36,170 nt of DNA from contig CANPWI010000002.1 of assembly GCA_947584125.1 (NCBI GenBank), positions 1 through 36,170 on the forward strand, given 5' to 3'. This DNA is from an uncultured Clostridia bacterium. GTDB taxonomy: Bacteria; Bacillota; Clostridia; TANB77; CAG-508. A program made the position numbers and the translations under genes. The notes under the pieces were generated by a model that had not been told where the DNA came from, searched no databases, and was given only the letters and a program-made list of their open reading frames with translations. Each line of letters starts with the position of its first letter. Positions within the stretch are counted from its first letter, which is position 1. Positions 26,953 to 36,170 of the stretch are shown one piece after another.

Positions 26953-27930
26953 CTATATAATATTTAGTCCTATAATACATAATATTAATGTAATTATACT
27001 AAATACAGATACAATCTGGCCTTCTCTCCAACCTGATAATTCAAAATGATGATGTATTGGTGCCATTTTGAACATTCGATTTCCTGTTTTCTTAAAGTAT
27101 ATAACTTGAAGCATTACAGATATAGTTTCAATAACTGGTACAAAGGCGATTACTAATAATATAAGTGGCATTTTTAGGTATAATGATATTCCTACTATTG
27201 CACCTCCTAATAGTAATGAACCTGTATCTCCCATAAATACTTTTGCTGGATGTAAATTGAATAATAAAAATCCTAAACAAGCTCCACTTAGTATACTACC
27301 AAATATTGATACTTCTTGTATATTAAATATAATTCCAATTACAGTTAAACATGTTATAATAATCATACATACAGTGGTAGATAATCCATCTATTCCATCT
27401 GTTAAATTTACTGCATTTGTAGTTCCAAGCATTATAAATATTGCTGCTGGAATATAAAACCACAAAGGTAAATCTATGTATATTTTTAAAATTGGTATGT
27501 ATGTTTGTGTACCAAGCTGTGTTCCTTTTATTAAATATATAACATACATAACAGAAATCATTAATAATCCTAGCATTTTATATGCTGGCTTTAAGCCTTT
27601 TGTATCTCTTAATACTAGCTTTATAAAATCATCTATAAATCCAATAATTCCAAAACCAACAGTTACAAGTAATAATGGAACAATTTGTTTTGCGATATCT
27701 CCTTTATCTGTTGAATAATATATACAGGCGAGTATTGTCATTATAATACTTACTATAATAATTATTATTCCTCCCATAGTTGGTGTTCCTTGTTTTTTCA
27801 AATGTGATTTTGGTCCATCTTCTCTTTCTATCTGTCCAACTTTAAGTCTTTTTAGGATTGGTATTACTAATAAAGAAGTTATAACAGTTACAATAAATGA
27901 TGCTAGTAATATTTTCACTTGAAAATTCAC
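26953..27930 (-). CDS. mraY: Phospho-N-acetylmuramoyl-pentapeptide transferase (GTG start)
   Basis: The product contains KKQGTPTMGGIIII, NAVNLTDGIDGL, FMGDTGSLLLGG and APIHHHFE. The GTG start lies 1 nt after the murE stop, with a GGGGA RBS inside the murE 3' end. Confidence 0.93.
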   Translation of the reverse strand: MNFQVKILLASFIVTVITSLLVIPILKRLKVGQIEREDGPKSHLKKQGTPTMGGIIIIIVSIIMTILACIYYSTDKGDIAKQIVPLLLVTVGFGIIGFIDDFIKLVLRDTKGLKPAYKMLGLLMISVMYVIYLIKGTQLGTQTYIPILKIYIDLPLWFYIPAAIFIMLGTTNAVNLTDGIDGLSTTVCMIIITCLTVIGIIFNIQEVSIFGSILSGACLGFLLFNLHPAKVFMGDTGSLLLGGAIVGISLYLKMPLILLVIAFVPVIETISVMLQVIYFKKTGNRMFKMAPIHHHFELSGWREGQIVSVFSIITLILCIIGLNII

Positions 27931-27931
27931 A

Positions 27932-29407
27932 TTATTTCCCCATTTCTTCTATAATCTTGCGTACAATTTCTCTTTCGTCAAAAGGATATGTTTTATGATT
28001 AATTTCTTGATATGGCTCATGTCCTTTTCCTGCAAGAACTATAATATCTCTTTTATTAGCTATTTCTATAGCATGTTTAATAGCTTCAACTCTATCTACT
28101 ATACATATATATTTTCCTTTTGTCTTTTTTATACCTTCTTCTATTTCTTTTACAATTTCATCTGGATTTTCTGTTCTTGGATTATCTGATGTTATTATTG
28201 TGTAATCAGCAATTTTTCCTGATATTGCACCCATAATTGGTCTTTTTGTTCTATCTCTATCTCCTCCACATCCAAATAAGCTTATAACTCTGCCTTTTGT
28301 ATAAGATTTTACAGCTTGTAAAATATTTTCTAAGCTTTCTGGTGAATGTGCGTAATCTATCATTATTGTTAATTCTTTTTTATTATCTACAAGTTCACTT
28401 CTTCCTGGAACTCTAACCTCTAGCAATGCTTCTTTTATTACATCTGGGGTTGCTCCTAATTTTTCTGTAACAGCTATTGCTGCAAGTGAATTATAAACAC
28501 TAAATCTTCCTGGAATTCCTACTTTAACTCTTTCATTTTTTCCTGATAGTTTAACTTTGAAATCAACATAGGAATTTGTTATTGTTATATCTTTTGCTAA
28601 TAATGCACAGAAATTGTCAATACCATAGGTACTAATTTCACATGGAAATTGCATTTTTGATACTTTTGCACCATGTATATCGTCTACATTTGTAAATCCA
28701 TATTTGCACATATTAAATAATTTTAATTTTGATTCAAAATAATCTTTCATGTCTGGGTGTTCTTTTTCACTAATATGGTCTTCTGAAAAGTTTGTAAATA
28801 CACCTATATAAAATTCACATCCTGCTACTCTATCTAATTTTAAGCTTTGTGATGATACCTCCATAATTGCTATTTCTACACCACTATCTACCATTTCTGC
28901 AAGTGTTTTTTGTAATTTTACACTTTCTGGGGTAGTTCTTGCTGAGTCCTCTATTCTTTTTCCATTTATATATGTAGCTATTGTTCCTATTAATCCTACT
29001 TTTTTACCTTGTTTTTCTAGAATATTTTTTATCATAAATGTAGTAGTAGTTTTTCCTTTTGTTCCTGTTACACCTATTAATTTTAATTTTTTTGATGGAT
29101 TTCCATAAAAATTACATGCGCATATTGCTAGAGCATATCTAGTATTTTCTGCAACTAATAATGTAATATCTTCTGGTATATTTAGTGTTCTGAAATCAAA
29201 TCCTTTTTCCATCATTACAACTTTTGCACCATTTTCTATTGCATTTATTATATAGTTATGTCCGTCTGTATCAAATCCTTTTATTGCTACAAACATTCCA
29301 TTTTCTTTTATTTCTCTAGAATCACTTTCTAAATTTTCTATATCTATATCTAAATTTCCTTTTGCCTTTATTCCTTCTAATCCACTTAAAATGTTTTTTA
29401 ATTGCAT
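27932..29407 (-). CDS. murE: UDP-MurNAc-L-Ala-D-Glu:meso-diaminopimelate ligase
   Basis: The Mur ligase P-loop reads GVTGTKGKTTT, and a DNPR motif (TSDNPRTE) indicates meso-DAP specificity. Confidence 0.92.
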   Translation of the reverse strand: MQLKNILSGLEGIKAKGNLDIDIENLESDSREIKENGMFVAIKGFDTDGHNYIINAIENGAKVVMMEKGFDFRTLNIPEDITLLVAENTRYALAICACNFYGNPSKKLKLIGVTGTKGKTTTTFMIKNILEKQGKKVGLIGTIATYINGKRIEDSARTTPESVKLQKTLAEMVDSGVEIAIMEVSSQSLKLDRVAGCEFYIGVFTNFSEDHISEKEHPDMKDYFESKLKLFNMCKYGFTNVDDIHGAKVSKMQFPCEISTYGIDNFCALLAKDITITNSYVDFKVKLSGKNERVKVGIPGRFSVYNSLAAIAVTEKLGATPDVIKEALLEVRVPGRSELVDNKKELTIMIDYAHSPESLENILQAVKSYTKGRVISLFGCGGDRDRTKRPIMGAISGKIADYTIITSDNPRTENPDEIVKEIEEGIKKTKGKYICIVDRVEAIKHAIEIANKRDIIVLAGKGHEPYQEINHKTYPFDEREIVRKIIEEMGK

Positions 29408-29543
29408 TAGCTTTTCCCCCTTATGTATGTTTTTTATACATTATATAACTATTTTTTTTATTTGTAAATACATATTTTCCTTATTATATTATATAAGTTT
29501 ATATATATATTTATTACATTAAATCTTTTATATTTATTTGCGC

Positions 29544-29572
29544 TTGTTTATGTAATTTTTTTATGGTATAAT
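29544..29572 (+). promoter_or_regulatory. Sigma-A promoter with an extended -10 for the 108-aa ORF
   Basis: The sequence reads TTGTTT (29544-29549), a 17-nt spacer, then TATAAT (29567-29572), preceded by TGG (TGnTATAAT). Confidence 0.55.
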
Positions 29573-29609
29573 ATATTTATGTGGTTATTATTTTAAGGAG
29601 GAAATTAAT

Positions 29610-29936
29610 ATGGGAAATAATAAAAAAGTAAGTTCAGCTCGTCAGAAATATTCTTTTAGAGAAGAAGAACCTAAAAAAAATCTAACTAATGTAGAAGCTA
29701 CTGCTCTATTAAGAAAGGTTCAAAATGATCAATATATTGAAGAAACTTCTCAAAAAATCAATAAATATCTTATGACAGCTAACAACAGAAATCTTCCAAA
29801 AGATGCTAGATTAAAAGCTCATGAAAATGCTCAAAAAGTTTTTCGTTCAATAACTTCTACTAAAATTTTAGATGCAGTAGTTCATAGAGTTAAATCATTA
29901 CAAGAACAAAATAAAAAAGAACAAGATGAACGATAA
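29610..29936 (+). CDS. Small basic, predicted helical protein of unknown function
   Basis: The 108-aa product is MGNNKKVSSARQKYSFREEEPKKNLTNVEATALLRKVQNDQYIEETSQKINKYL..HRVKSLQEQNKKEQDER. There is an AAGGAGG RBS, a consensus -10 and a clean terminator. Confidence 0.6.
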   Translation: MGNNKKVSSARQKYSFREEEPKKNLTNVEATALLRKVQNDQYIEETSQKINKYLMTANNRNLPKDARLKAHENAQKVFRSITSTKILDAVVHRVKSLQEQNKKEQDER

Positions 29937-29952
29937 TTATTAATCGTTCATC
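29925..29952. terminator. Bidirectional terminator shared by the 108-aa ORF (+) and clpX (-)
   Basis: The sequence reads GATGAACGAT-loop-ATCGTTCATC with T-runs on both strands. Confidence 0.75.
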
Positions 29953-29960
29953 TTTTCTTT

Positions 29961-31274
29961 TTATGCTGTTTCTGTTTTGTTTTTTGCTTCTGTTTTTACT
30001 TTTCTAACTTTTGTTTCTGTTTTTTTAGTTTCATCAATTTCTAAAATTGGCTTTGTTCCTTGACTTACTGTTTCTTTTGTTATTGTACATTTTACTATTT
30101 TTGGATTTGATGGAACTTCATACATTATATCTCTCATAATATCTTCAATTATTGAGCGAAGGCCTCTTGCTCCTGTATTTCTTTCTATAGCTTTATCTAC
30201 TATAAGTTCTAATGCTTCCTTTTCAAATTCAAGTTCAACATCATCTAACTCTAATAATTTTTTATATTGTTTTACTAGTGCATTTTTAGGTTCAGTTACA
30301 ATTTTTATTAGTGTTTCTTTATCTAATTCTCTTAATGTTGTAATTATAGGTAATCTTCCTACAAATTCTGGAATAAGACCAAATTTTAATAAATCTTGTG
30401 GCAATAATTCTTCATATATTTTATATTTATCAACTGATTTTTTACTTTCAATTTTGGTTCCAAAACCAATTGCTTTTTTTCCTATTCTATCATTAATTAT
30501 ATTGCTTAAACCTTCAAAAGCTCCACCACAAATAAATAAGATATTTTCTGTATTTATTTGTATTAACTCTTGATGTGGATGTTTTCTTCCGCCTTGTGGA
30601 GGAACAGATGCTATTGTTCCTTCAACTATTTTTAATAATGCTTGTTGTACACCTTCTCCACTAACATCTCTTGTTATTGATGGATTTTCAGATTTTCTTG
30701 TTATTTTATCTATTTCGTCTATATATATAATTCCTCTTTCTGCTTGTTCTACATTATAATCTGCAGCTTGAATTAGCTTTAATAATATATTTTCAACATC
30801 TTCTCCAACATATCCAGCTTCTGTTAGTGTTGTTGCATCTGCTATTGCAAATGGAACATTTAATATTTTTGCAAGTGTTTGTGCAAGTAGAGTTTTTCCA
30901 CATCCAGTAGGTCCAAGTAATAAAACATTACTTTTTTGTATTTCTACATCATCCATTTTTTCTTTGTTGTTAATTCTTTTATAATGATTATATACTGCTA
31001 CAGATAAAGTTTTTTTGGCGTCTTCTTGACCAATTACATATTGGTCTAATATGCCTTTTATCTGCTCTGGATTTGGTAGTTCGTCTAATTTGTCAATAGT
31101 GTATTTTATTTCATCTTCATCATAATATTCGTCATCAACAATGTTTTTACATAAACTAATACATTCATTACAAATATATACTCCTGGTCCTGCTACAATT
31201 CTTTTTACAGTATCTTGTGCTTTTCCACAAAAAGAACATCTTATATTTTTGTTGTTCTCACTTTTTTTTTGCAT
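29961..31274 (-). CDS. clpX: ATP-dependent Clp protease ATP-binding subunit ClpX
   Basis: The zinc-binding N-terminus reads [30 protein letters not shown]. The Walker A motif is GPTGCGKT, the pore loop is GYVGEDV and the IGF-type loop is AIGFG. Confidence 0.96.
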   Translation of the reverse strand: MQKKSENNKNIRCSFCGKAQDTVKRIVAGPGVYICNECISLCKNIVDDEYYDEDEIKYTIDKLDELPNPEQIKGILDQYVIGQEDAKKTLSVAVYNHYKRINNKEKMDDVEIQKSNVLLLGPTGCGKTLLAQTLAKILNVPFAIADATTLTEAGYVGEDVENILLKLIQAADYNVEQAERGIIYIDEIDKITRKSENPSITRDVSGEGVQQALLKIVEGTIASVPPQGGRKHPHQELIQINTENILFICGGAFEGLSNIINDRIGKKAIGFGTKIESKKSVDKYKIYEELLPQDLLKFGLIPEFVGRLPIITTLRELDKETLIKIVTEPKNALVKQYKKLLELDDVELEFEKEALELIVDKAIERNTGARGLRSIIEDIMRDIMYEVPSNPKIVKCTITKETVSQGTKPILEIDETKKTETKVRKVKTEAKNKTETA

Positions 31275-31316
31275 TTCTGCCTCCTTATATTTTATAATTC
31301 TTCAGTTCTTAATTTA

Positions 31317-31919
31317 TTATATTCTTTTATCTAATATTCCATCTATTAAACCATAATCTAAAGCTTCTTTTGCTGTCATATAATGGTCTCTTTCTGTATC
31401 TTTTTCTATTTGTTCTAGTGTTTGACCTGTTCTTTCACTTAATATTCTATTCATTTTTTCTCTTGTTCTTACCATGTGTTCTGCATGAATTTTAATTTCT
31501 GTTGTTTGACCAGAAATTCCATTTCCACCAATTAATGGTTGATGAATTAATATTTCAGCATTTGGTGTTGCAAATCTTTTTCCTTTTTCTCCTGCAGATA
31601 GAAGAAATGCTCCCATACTTGCTGCCATACCAATACAAATTGTTGATACTGGGCATTTTATGTAGTTCATTGTATCATAAATTGCCATACCATCTGTAAT
31701 AGAACCTCCTGGGCTATTAATATAAAAATAAATTTCTTTATCTGGATCCTCTGACTCTAAAAATAACATTTGAGCAACTACCAAACTTGCTGTTGTTTGG
31801 TTAACATCTTCACTTAAAAATATTATTCTATCTTTTAATAAACGAGAGAATATATCATAAGATCTTTCTCCTTTGCTTGTTTGTTCAACAACATAAGGTA
31901 CTAAACTATTTTCTAACAT
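31317..31919 (-). CDS. clpP: ATP-dependent Clp protease proteolytic subunit
   Basis: The product reads [44 protein letters not shown].. There is an AAGGAGG RBS. Confidence 0.96.
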   Translation of the reverse strand: MLENSLVPYVVEQTSKGERSYDIFSRLLKDRIIFLSEDVNQTTASLVVAQMLFLESEDPDKEIYFYINSPGGSITDGMAIYDTMNYIKCPVSTICIGMAASMGAFLLSAGEKGKRFATPNAEILIHQPLIGGNGISGQTTEIKIHAEHMVRTREKMNRILSERTGQTLEQIEKDTERDHYMTAKEALDYGLIDGILDKRI

Positions 31920-31952
31920 ACTATTTCCTCCTTGATTTTATATATTAAATAA

Positions 31953-32009
31953 GTCTAGCTTTTTCTACCAATGTTAATTTTATTTATTTTGGGACTAGAA
32001 AAGCTAGAC
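31953..32009. other. Long-stem hairpin between tig and clpP (terminator or attenuator)
   Basis: GTCTAGCTTTTTCTA (31953-31967) pairs with TAGAAAAGCTAGAC (31996-32009) around a loop of about 28 nt. T-rich runs follow on both strands. Confidence 0.5.
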
Positions 32010-32015
32010 ATTTTT

Positions 32016-33299
32016 TTATTTTATTTTTGCATTTTTAACTATAAATTCTACTACTTTTTCATGAGCTAAAGATTCTTTTATGTAGTTAACAAATCCTTCA
32101 TTTTGTTTAAGTTCTTCCTCTGTTTTTCCATATATATTTGCCATTTCTTTTATTTTGTTATCTATATCTTCCTCTGTAGCTTCAATTTTTTCAGCAGAAA
32201 TTATAGCATCTAATACTAATCTGTTTTTTACAGATGTTGTAGCTTGACCTTCATAGTCTTTTCTAAATTCTTCCATTGTTTTTCCTGTCATTTGTAGATA
32301 TTGTTCTAGCTTCATTCCTTGATATTGTAGTCTAGATTCAACTTCTCTAACCATATTATCAATTTCTGTTTCAATCATTCCTGATGGAATTTCAACATCT
32401 ACATCATCTACTACAATTTTAACTGCTTCATCTTCTGTTTCATATTTAGCTCTTCTAACATTATCTTCTTGTAATTTTTCTTTTATGCTTGCCTTTAATT
32501 CATCTAGTGTATCATATTCACTTGCATCTTTTGCAAATTCATCATCTAATTTAGGCATTTCTTTCATTTTTATTTCATGTAATTTTACTTTAAATATTGC
32601 ATCTTTTCCTTTTAATTCTTCTGCAAAATATTCTTCTGGGAAAGTAACTTTTATATCTCTTTCCTCTCCTATTTTCATACCTATAATTTGGTCTTCAAAT
32701 CCTGGTATAAATGTGTTGCTTCCTATTGTTAATTCATGATTTTCTGCTTTTCCACCTTCAAATGGTACATTATCAATAAATCCTTCGAAATCAATAACTG
32801 TAATATCTTTATCTTGCACTGGTCTATCTTCTACTGTAACAAGTCTTGAATTTCTTTCTGCCATGTGTCCTAATTCATGATTAATATCTTCATCAGATAC
32901 ATTATACTCTATTTTCTTTATTTCTATACCTTTATATTTTCCTAATTTTACCTCTGGTTTTGTTTGAATAACAGCTGTAAATATTAGGTCTTGTCCTTTT
33001 CCTATTTGTTTAATATCTATTTCTGGTCTTGAAACTGCTTCTATGTTGTTTTCTTTAAGTTCTTTATCAAATTCTTCTGGAACTACTTCGTTAAATGCAT
33101 CTTCATAGAAGATTTCTGGTCCATAGTATTTCTCTATAATATTCATTGGTGCTTTTCCTTTTCTAAATCCTGGTATATTAAAGTATTTAGCACTTTTGTC
33201 ATATACCTTTTTGATTGCTTCATCAAATTTTGCTGCTTCAATTTTAAATTCTAGTTTTAATTCATTATTTTTTTCTGTCTTTTCGATTTTAATACTCAT
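32016..33299 (-). CDS. tig: Trigger factor
   Basis: The product has the ribosome-binding signature IPGFRKGKAP and an FKBP-type PPIase middle domain. The start is the ATG at 33299 after AAAGGA. The track start at 33308 abuts that RBS. Confidence 0.93.
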   Translation of the reverse strand: MSIKIEKTEKNNELKLEFKIEAAKFDEAIKKVYDKSAKYFNIPGFRKGKAPMNIIEKYYGPEIFYEDAFNEVVPEEFDKELKENNIEAVSRPEIDIKQIGKGQDLIFTAVIQTKPEVKLGKYKGIEIKKIEYNVSDEDINHELGHMAERNSRLVTVEDRPVQDKDITVIDFEGFIDNVPFEGGKAENHELTIGSNTFIPGFEDQIIGMKIGEERDIKVTFPEEYFAEELKGKDAIFKVKLHEIKMKEMPKLDDEFAKDASEYDTLDELKASIKEKLQEDNVRRAKYETEDEAVKIVVDDVDVEIPSGMIETEIDNMVREVESRLQYQGMKLEQYLQMTGKTMEEFRKDYEGQATTSVKNRLVLDAIISAEKIEATEEDIDNKIKEMANIYGKTEEELKQNEGFVNYIKESLAHEKVVEFIVKNAKIK

Positions 33300-33415
33300 T
33301 TTCTTCATCCTTTCATGATTTTTAAAAATTAATTAGCTATTCTATTATACCACTTTATTACAATTTTGCAAGTGTTTTTCGTTATTATCTTTTTATATAA
33401 TATTTTTTATATGTT

Positions 33416-34219
33416 CTATATGTATTGTTCTACACTTAAAATAATATTATCTTTTTTGGTTTTTCCAATTATTTCTTTAATTACAAATCTTCCTTTTCCT
33501 CTAATTGTTATTATATCTCCTTCTTGCACAATCTTTGTATTTTTGGTTTCGTTTTCAAAGTTTATAAATACTCTTTCCTCTTGTAATATTTCTTTTGCTT
33601 TTTCTCTTGATGTTTTTGTTAATTCTGAAATTATATTATCCAGTCTTAATGAAGATATAATAATTTGTATTTCTTTTTTATTAATTATTATTTCTCTTAA
33701 ATTTTCTATTTGTATTTTTTCTATTTTAGCGCCACTAAATCTTTTTAGTAATTTTAAATTATCTATTAAGTATTTAGATATTTCACTACTTACTATTATA
33801 TCTGCTCCATTTTTTTCAACTAGTATGTCTCCTATCTTTTCTCTTTTTACTCCTAGTTTTATAACAGCACCGAGATAATTTTTATGTGTAAATTTATCAT
33901 AATCTTGTATTGGTAAGTCTATTCTTATAGCTTCTATTTTTCCTAATATAATTTTTTCTTTGTTTAAATTTTCAAACTTACTTGGATAAATAAATATCAT
34001 ATTTCTTTCTGTATTTTCTTTACCACCATAAATAATATAATTATCAAATTTTATATGTTTTAATACTTTTTCTAATAATTTTTGTTCATACATACTTAAA
34101 AAATCTGTATTTGATATTTTGTTGTATTTAGCTGAAAACTCTATTTTATCTAATAACTTTGCAATTAATAATTTATCTTCTTGCTTTTTGTATTTGTTTA
34201 ATAATTCTTCTTTATTCAT
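33416..34219 (-). CDS. ylmH: YlmH-like RNA-binding protein (S4 domain)
   Basis: The N-terminal region reads LIAKLLDKIEFSAKYNKISNTDFLSMYEQ.. The C-terminal S4 domain reads LRLDNIISELTKTSREKAKEILQEERVFINFE. The ATG at 34219 overlaps the dxs stop (ATGAATAA) and follows an AGAGG RBS. Confidence 0.75.
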   Translation of the reverse strand: MNKEELLNKYKKQEDKLLIAKLLDKIEFSAKYNKISNTDFLSMYEQKLLEKVLKHIKFDNYIIYGGKENTERNMIFIYPSKFENLNKEKIILGKIEAIRIDLPIQDYDKFTHKNYLGAVIKLGVKREKIGDILVEKNGADIIVSSEISKYLIDNLKLLKRFSGAKIEKIQIENLREIIINKKEIQIIISSLRLDNIISELTKTSREKAKEILQEERVFINFENETKNTKIVQEGDIITIRGKGRFVIKEIIGKTKKDNIILSVEQYI

Positions 34220-36095
34220 TTTCACCTCTATTTAATAATTCATTTTGTATAACTTTAACAATGTTTTTTGTGTCTAATCCATATTTTTCTTCAATTTCTG
34301 AAACATTACCATGCTTTATAAATTTGTCTGGATAACCAAAACATTTAATTTTGATATTTTTAATATCTTCATCAATTATTAATTCTTTTATAGATGTTGC
34401 AAGTCCTCCTTCTAAAATATTATCTTCTATTGTTACAACTTTTTTAGTTTTAGTAATTGATTTTATAATTTTTTCTTTATCTAATGGTTTTAAAAATCTA
34501 ATATTTATAAGTTCTACATCTATATTTTGTTTTTCAAGTGTTTTTGCTATTTCATACCCTCTATCCACCATATTTCCAATTGCAAGTATTGTTATATCTT
34601 TTCCTTCTTTTATTATTTCAGCTTTTCCTTGTTCCATTTTTTCATGTTTTTCAAACTTATTCTTACCTTCTGCACCTCTTGGGTATCTTATAACAACTGG
34701 CTTTTTTAAATCAACTGCAAATTCTAACATCATTTCTAATTCTTTAAAATCTTTTGGAGACATAATGGTTAAATTTGGTACTATATGAAAAAAAGATAAA
34801 TCTAATATTCCTTGATGTGTTTCTCCATCATTTCCTACTATTCCAGCTCTATCTACACACATTATTACTGGCAATTTTTGAATACATATATCATGTATTA
34901 CTTGATCATAAGCTCTTTGATAAAAAGATGAATATATTGATACTACAGGTATCATTCCATTACTTGCAAGTCCTGCCGCTGTTCCTAATGCATGTTGTTC
35001 TGCTATTGCAACATCAAAAAATCTATTAGGAAATTTTTTTGAAAATTCTAAAAGTCCTGTTCCTGTTTTCATAGCTGCTGTTATTGCTACTATTTTTTCA
35101 TTTTTTTCTGCTAAACTTATTAATTTATTTCCAAATATTTTAGAATAATCATCACCTTTTTTTGATTTTAATTCTCCTGTTTTTATTTCAAAAGGTGATA
35201 CTCCATGAAATTTATCAGGATTTTTTTCTGCTGGCTCATATCCTTTTCCTTTTTTAGTAATTACATGTATTAAAACAGGACCTTCCATATTTTTACCTAT
35301 TTTTAATAAGCTTTCCAATTTTTCTATATCATGTCCATCTACTGGTCCTAAATAACTAAACCCAATATCTTCGAATAACATATTTGCAAAAAATAATTGC
35401 TTTATACTATATTTTATTTTTCTTGTAATATGTATTAATTTTGAACCTATTTTTGGAATTTTTTTAATTGCATTTTTTACATAATTATTAGATTTTGTAT
35501 AGAATTTTTTTGTTCTAATTTTACTTAGACGCATTGAAATTCCACCAACATTTTTTGATATGCTCATTTCATTATCATTTAAAATAACTATTAAATTTGT
35601 TTTTGAACTTCCAGCATCATTTAACGCTTCTAACGCCATTCCTCCTGTTAATGCTCCATCTCCAATGACTGCTACAACATAATTTTTATCATTTTTTATG
35701 TCTCTAGCTCTTGCCATTCCAAGTGCTATAGATATAGATGTACTACTGTGACCTGTATCAAAACAGTCTGCTTTATTTTCAGAAACTTTTGGAAATCCTG
35801 CAATTCCTCCTAGTTTTCTTAAGGTTTTTAATTCATTTTTTCTTCCTGTTAGAATTTTATGCACATAAGTTTGATGTCCAACATCCCATATAATTTTATC
35901 TTTTGGTACATTAAATATACTATGTAATGCTATTGTAAGTTCCACTACTCCTAAATTAGATGCCAAATGTCCTCCTGTTTCTGAAACAGTTTCTATTATA
36001 TATTCTCTTATTTCATTTGCTAATTGTTCTTTATCTTTTAAATCTAATTTTTTTACATCATCTATTGTTTTTACTTCATCTAAGATTTTTTCCAT
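34212..36095 (-). CDS. dxs: 1-deoxy-D-xylulose-5-phosphate synthase
   Basis: The product contains GGHLASNLGVVELTIALH, DVGHQTYVHKILTGR, the TPP motif GDGALTGGMA..NDN and a transketolase-like C-terminal half. Confidence 0.95.
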   Translation of the reverse strand: MEKILDEVKTIDDVKKLDLKDKEQLANEIREYIIETVSETGGHLASNLGVVELTIALHSIFNVPKDKIIWDVGHQTYVHKILTGRKNELKTLRKLGGIAGFPKVSENKADCFDTGHSSTSISIALGMARARDIKNDKNYVVAVIGDGALTGGMALEALNDAGSSKTNLIVILNDNEMSISKNVGGISMRLSKIRTKKFYTKSNNYVKNAIKKIPKIGSKLIHITRKIKYSIKQLFFANMLFEDIGFSYLGPVDGHDIEKLESLLKIGKNMEGPVLIHVITKKGKGYEPAEKNPDKFHGVSPFEIKTGELKSKKGDDYSKIFGNKLISLAEKNEKIVAITAAMKTGTGLLEFSKKFPNRFFDVAIAEQHALGTAAGLASNGMIPVVSIYSSFYQRAYDQVIHDICIQKLPVIMCVDRAGIVGNDGETHQGILDLSFFHIVPNLTIMSPKDFKELEMMLEFAVDLKKPVVIRYPRGAEGKNKFEKHEKMEQGKAEIIKEGKDITILAIGNMVDRGYEIAKTLEKQNIDVELINIRFLKPLDKEKIIKSITKTKKVVTIEDNILEGGLATSIKELIIDEDIKNIKIKCFGYPDKFIKHGNVSEIEEKYGLDTKNIVKVIQNELLNRGENE

Positions 36096-36170
36096 AAATT
36101 GCTCTCCTTATTTGCATTGTTTTTATATTATATAATGATAAATAAAATTTTGCAAATTTTTAAACTTTTC

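Overview
This is a very A+T-rich, Clostridia-like chromosomal core region. The taxonomic call rests on spoVS, ymdB, ylbJ, a SpoVB-like flippase, a T-box leader and strong GGAGG ribosome-binding sites. About 35 genes, mostly on the minus strand, are housekeeping. In window order they are: a partial peptide ABC binding protein, spoVS, ymdB, T-box-controlled valS, rplU-rpmA, recG, lexA, obg, rpiB-trpS, ylbJ, pdp, hup, a MOP flippase, smpB, rpsT, gatCAB, three small membrane or unknown proteins, a reduced cell-wall cluster (murE-mraY-ftsW-murG), clpX, clpP, tig, ylmH and dxs. I saw no rRNA, tRNA, tmRNA, CRISPR array, transposase or integrase. The only clearly mosaic stretch lies at about 17.85-19.86 kb, between the rpsT side and the end of gatCAB. 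It holds four things. First, an orphan 3' fragment of a surface-protein gene. Second, a locally G+C-rich, roughly 150-165 nt rod-like inverted-repeat element that matches no RNA class I recognise; it could be a 6S-like ncRNA, a MITE or a DNA hairpin. Third, a perfect 61-bp direct repeat, which is a second copy of the gatB terminator hairpin, bracketing a frameshifted YhcG/DUF1016 PD-(D/E)XK nuclease gene. Fourth, a compact unit made of a consensus promoter, a 17-codon sORF and a terminator. I do not see a convincing multi-gene novel system. The best novelty candidate is the G+C-rich structured element and its surrounding recombination scar. Lesser oddities are L27 without the Firmicute propeptide and no prp gene, a Cys-cluster TrpRS, a lexA-recG operon without a canonical LexA box, and several small uncharacterised proteins.
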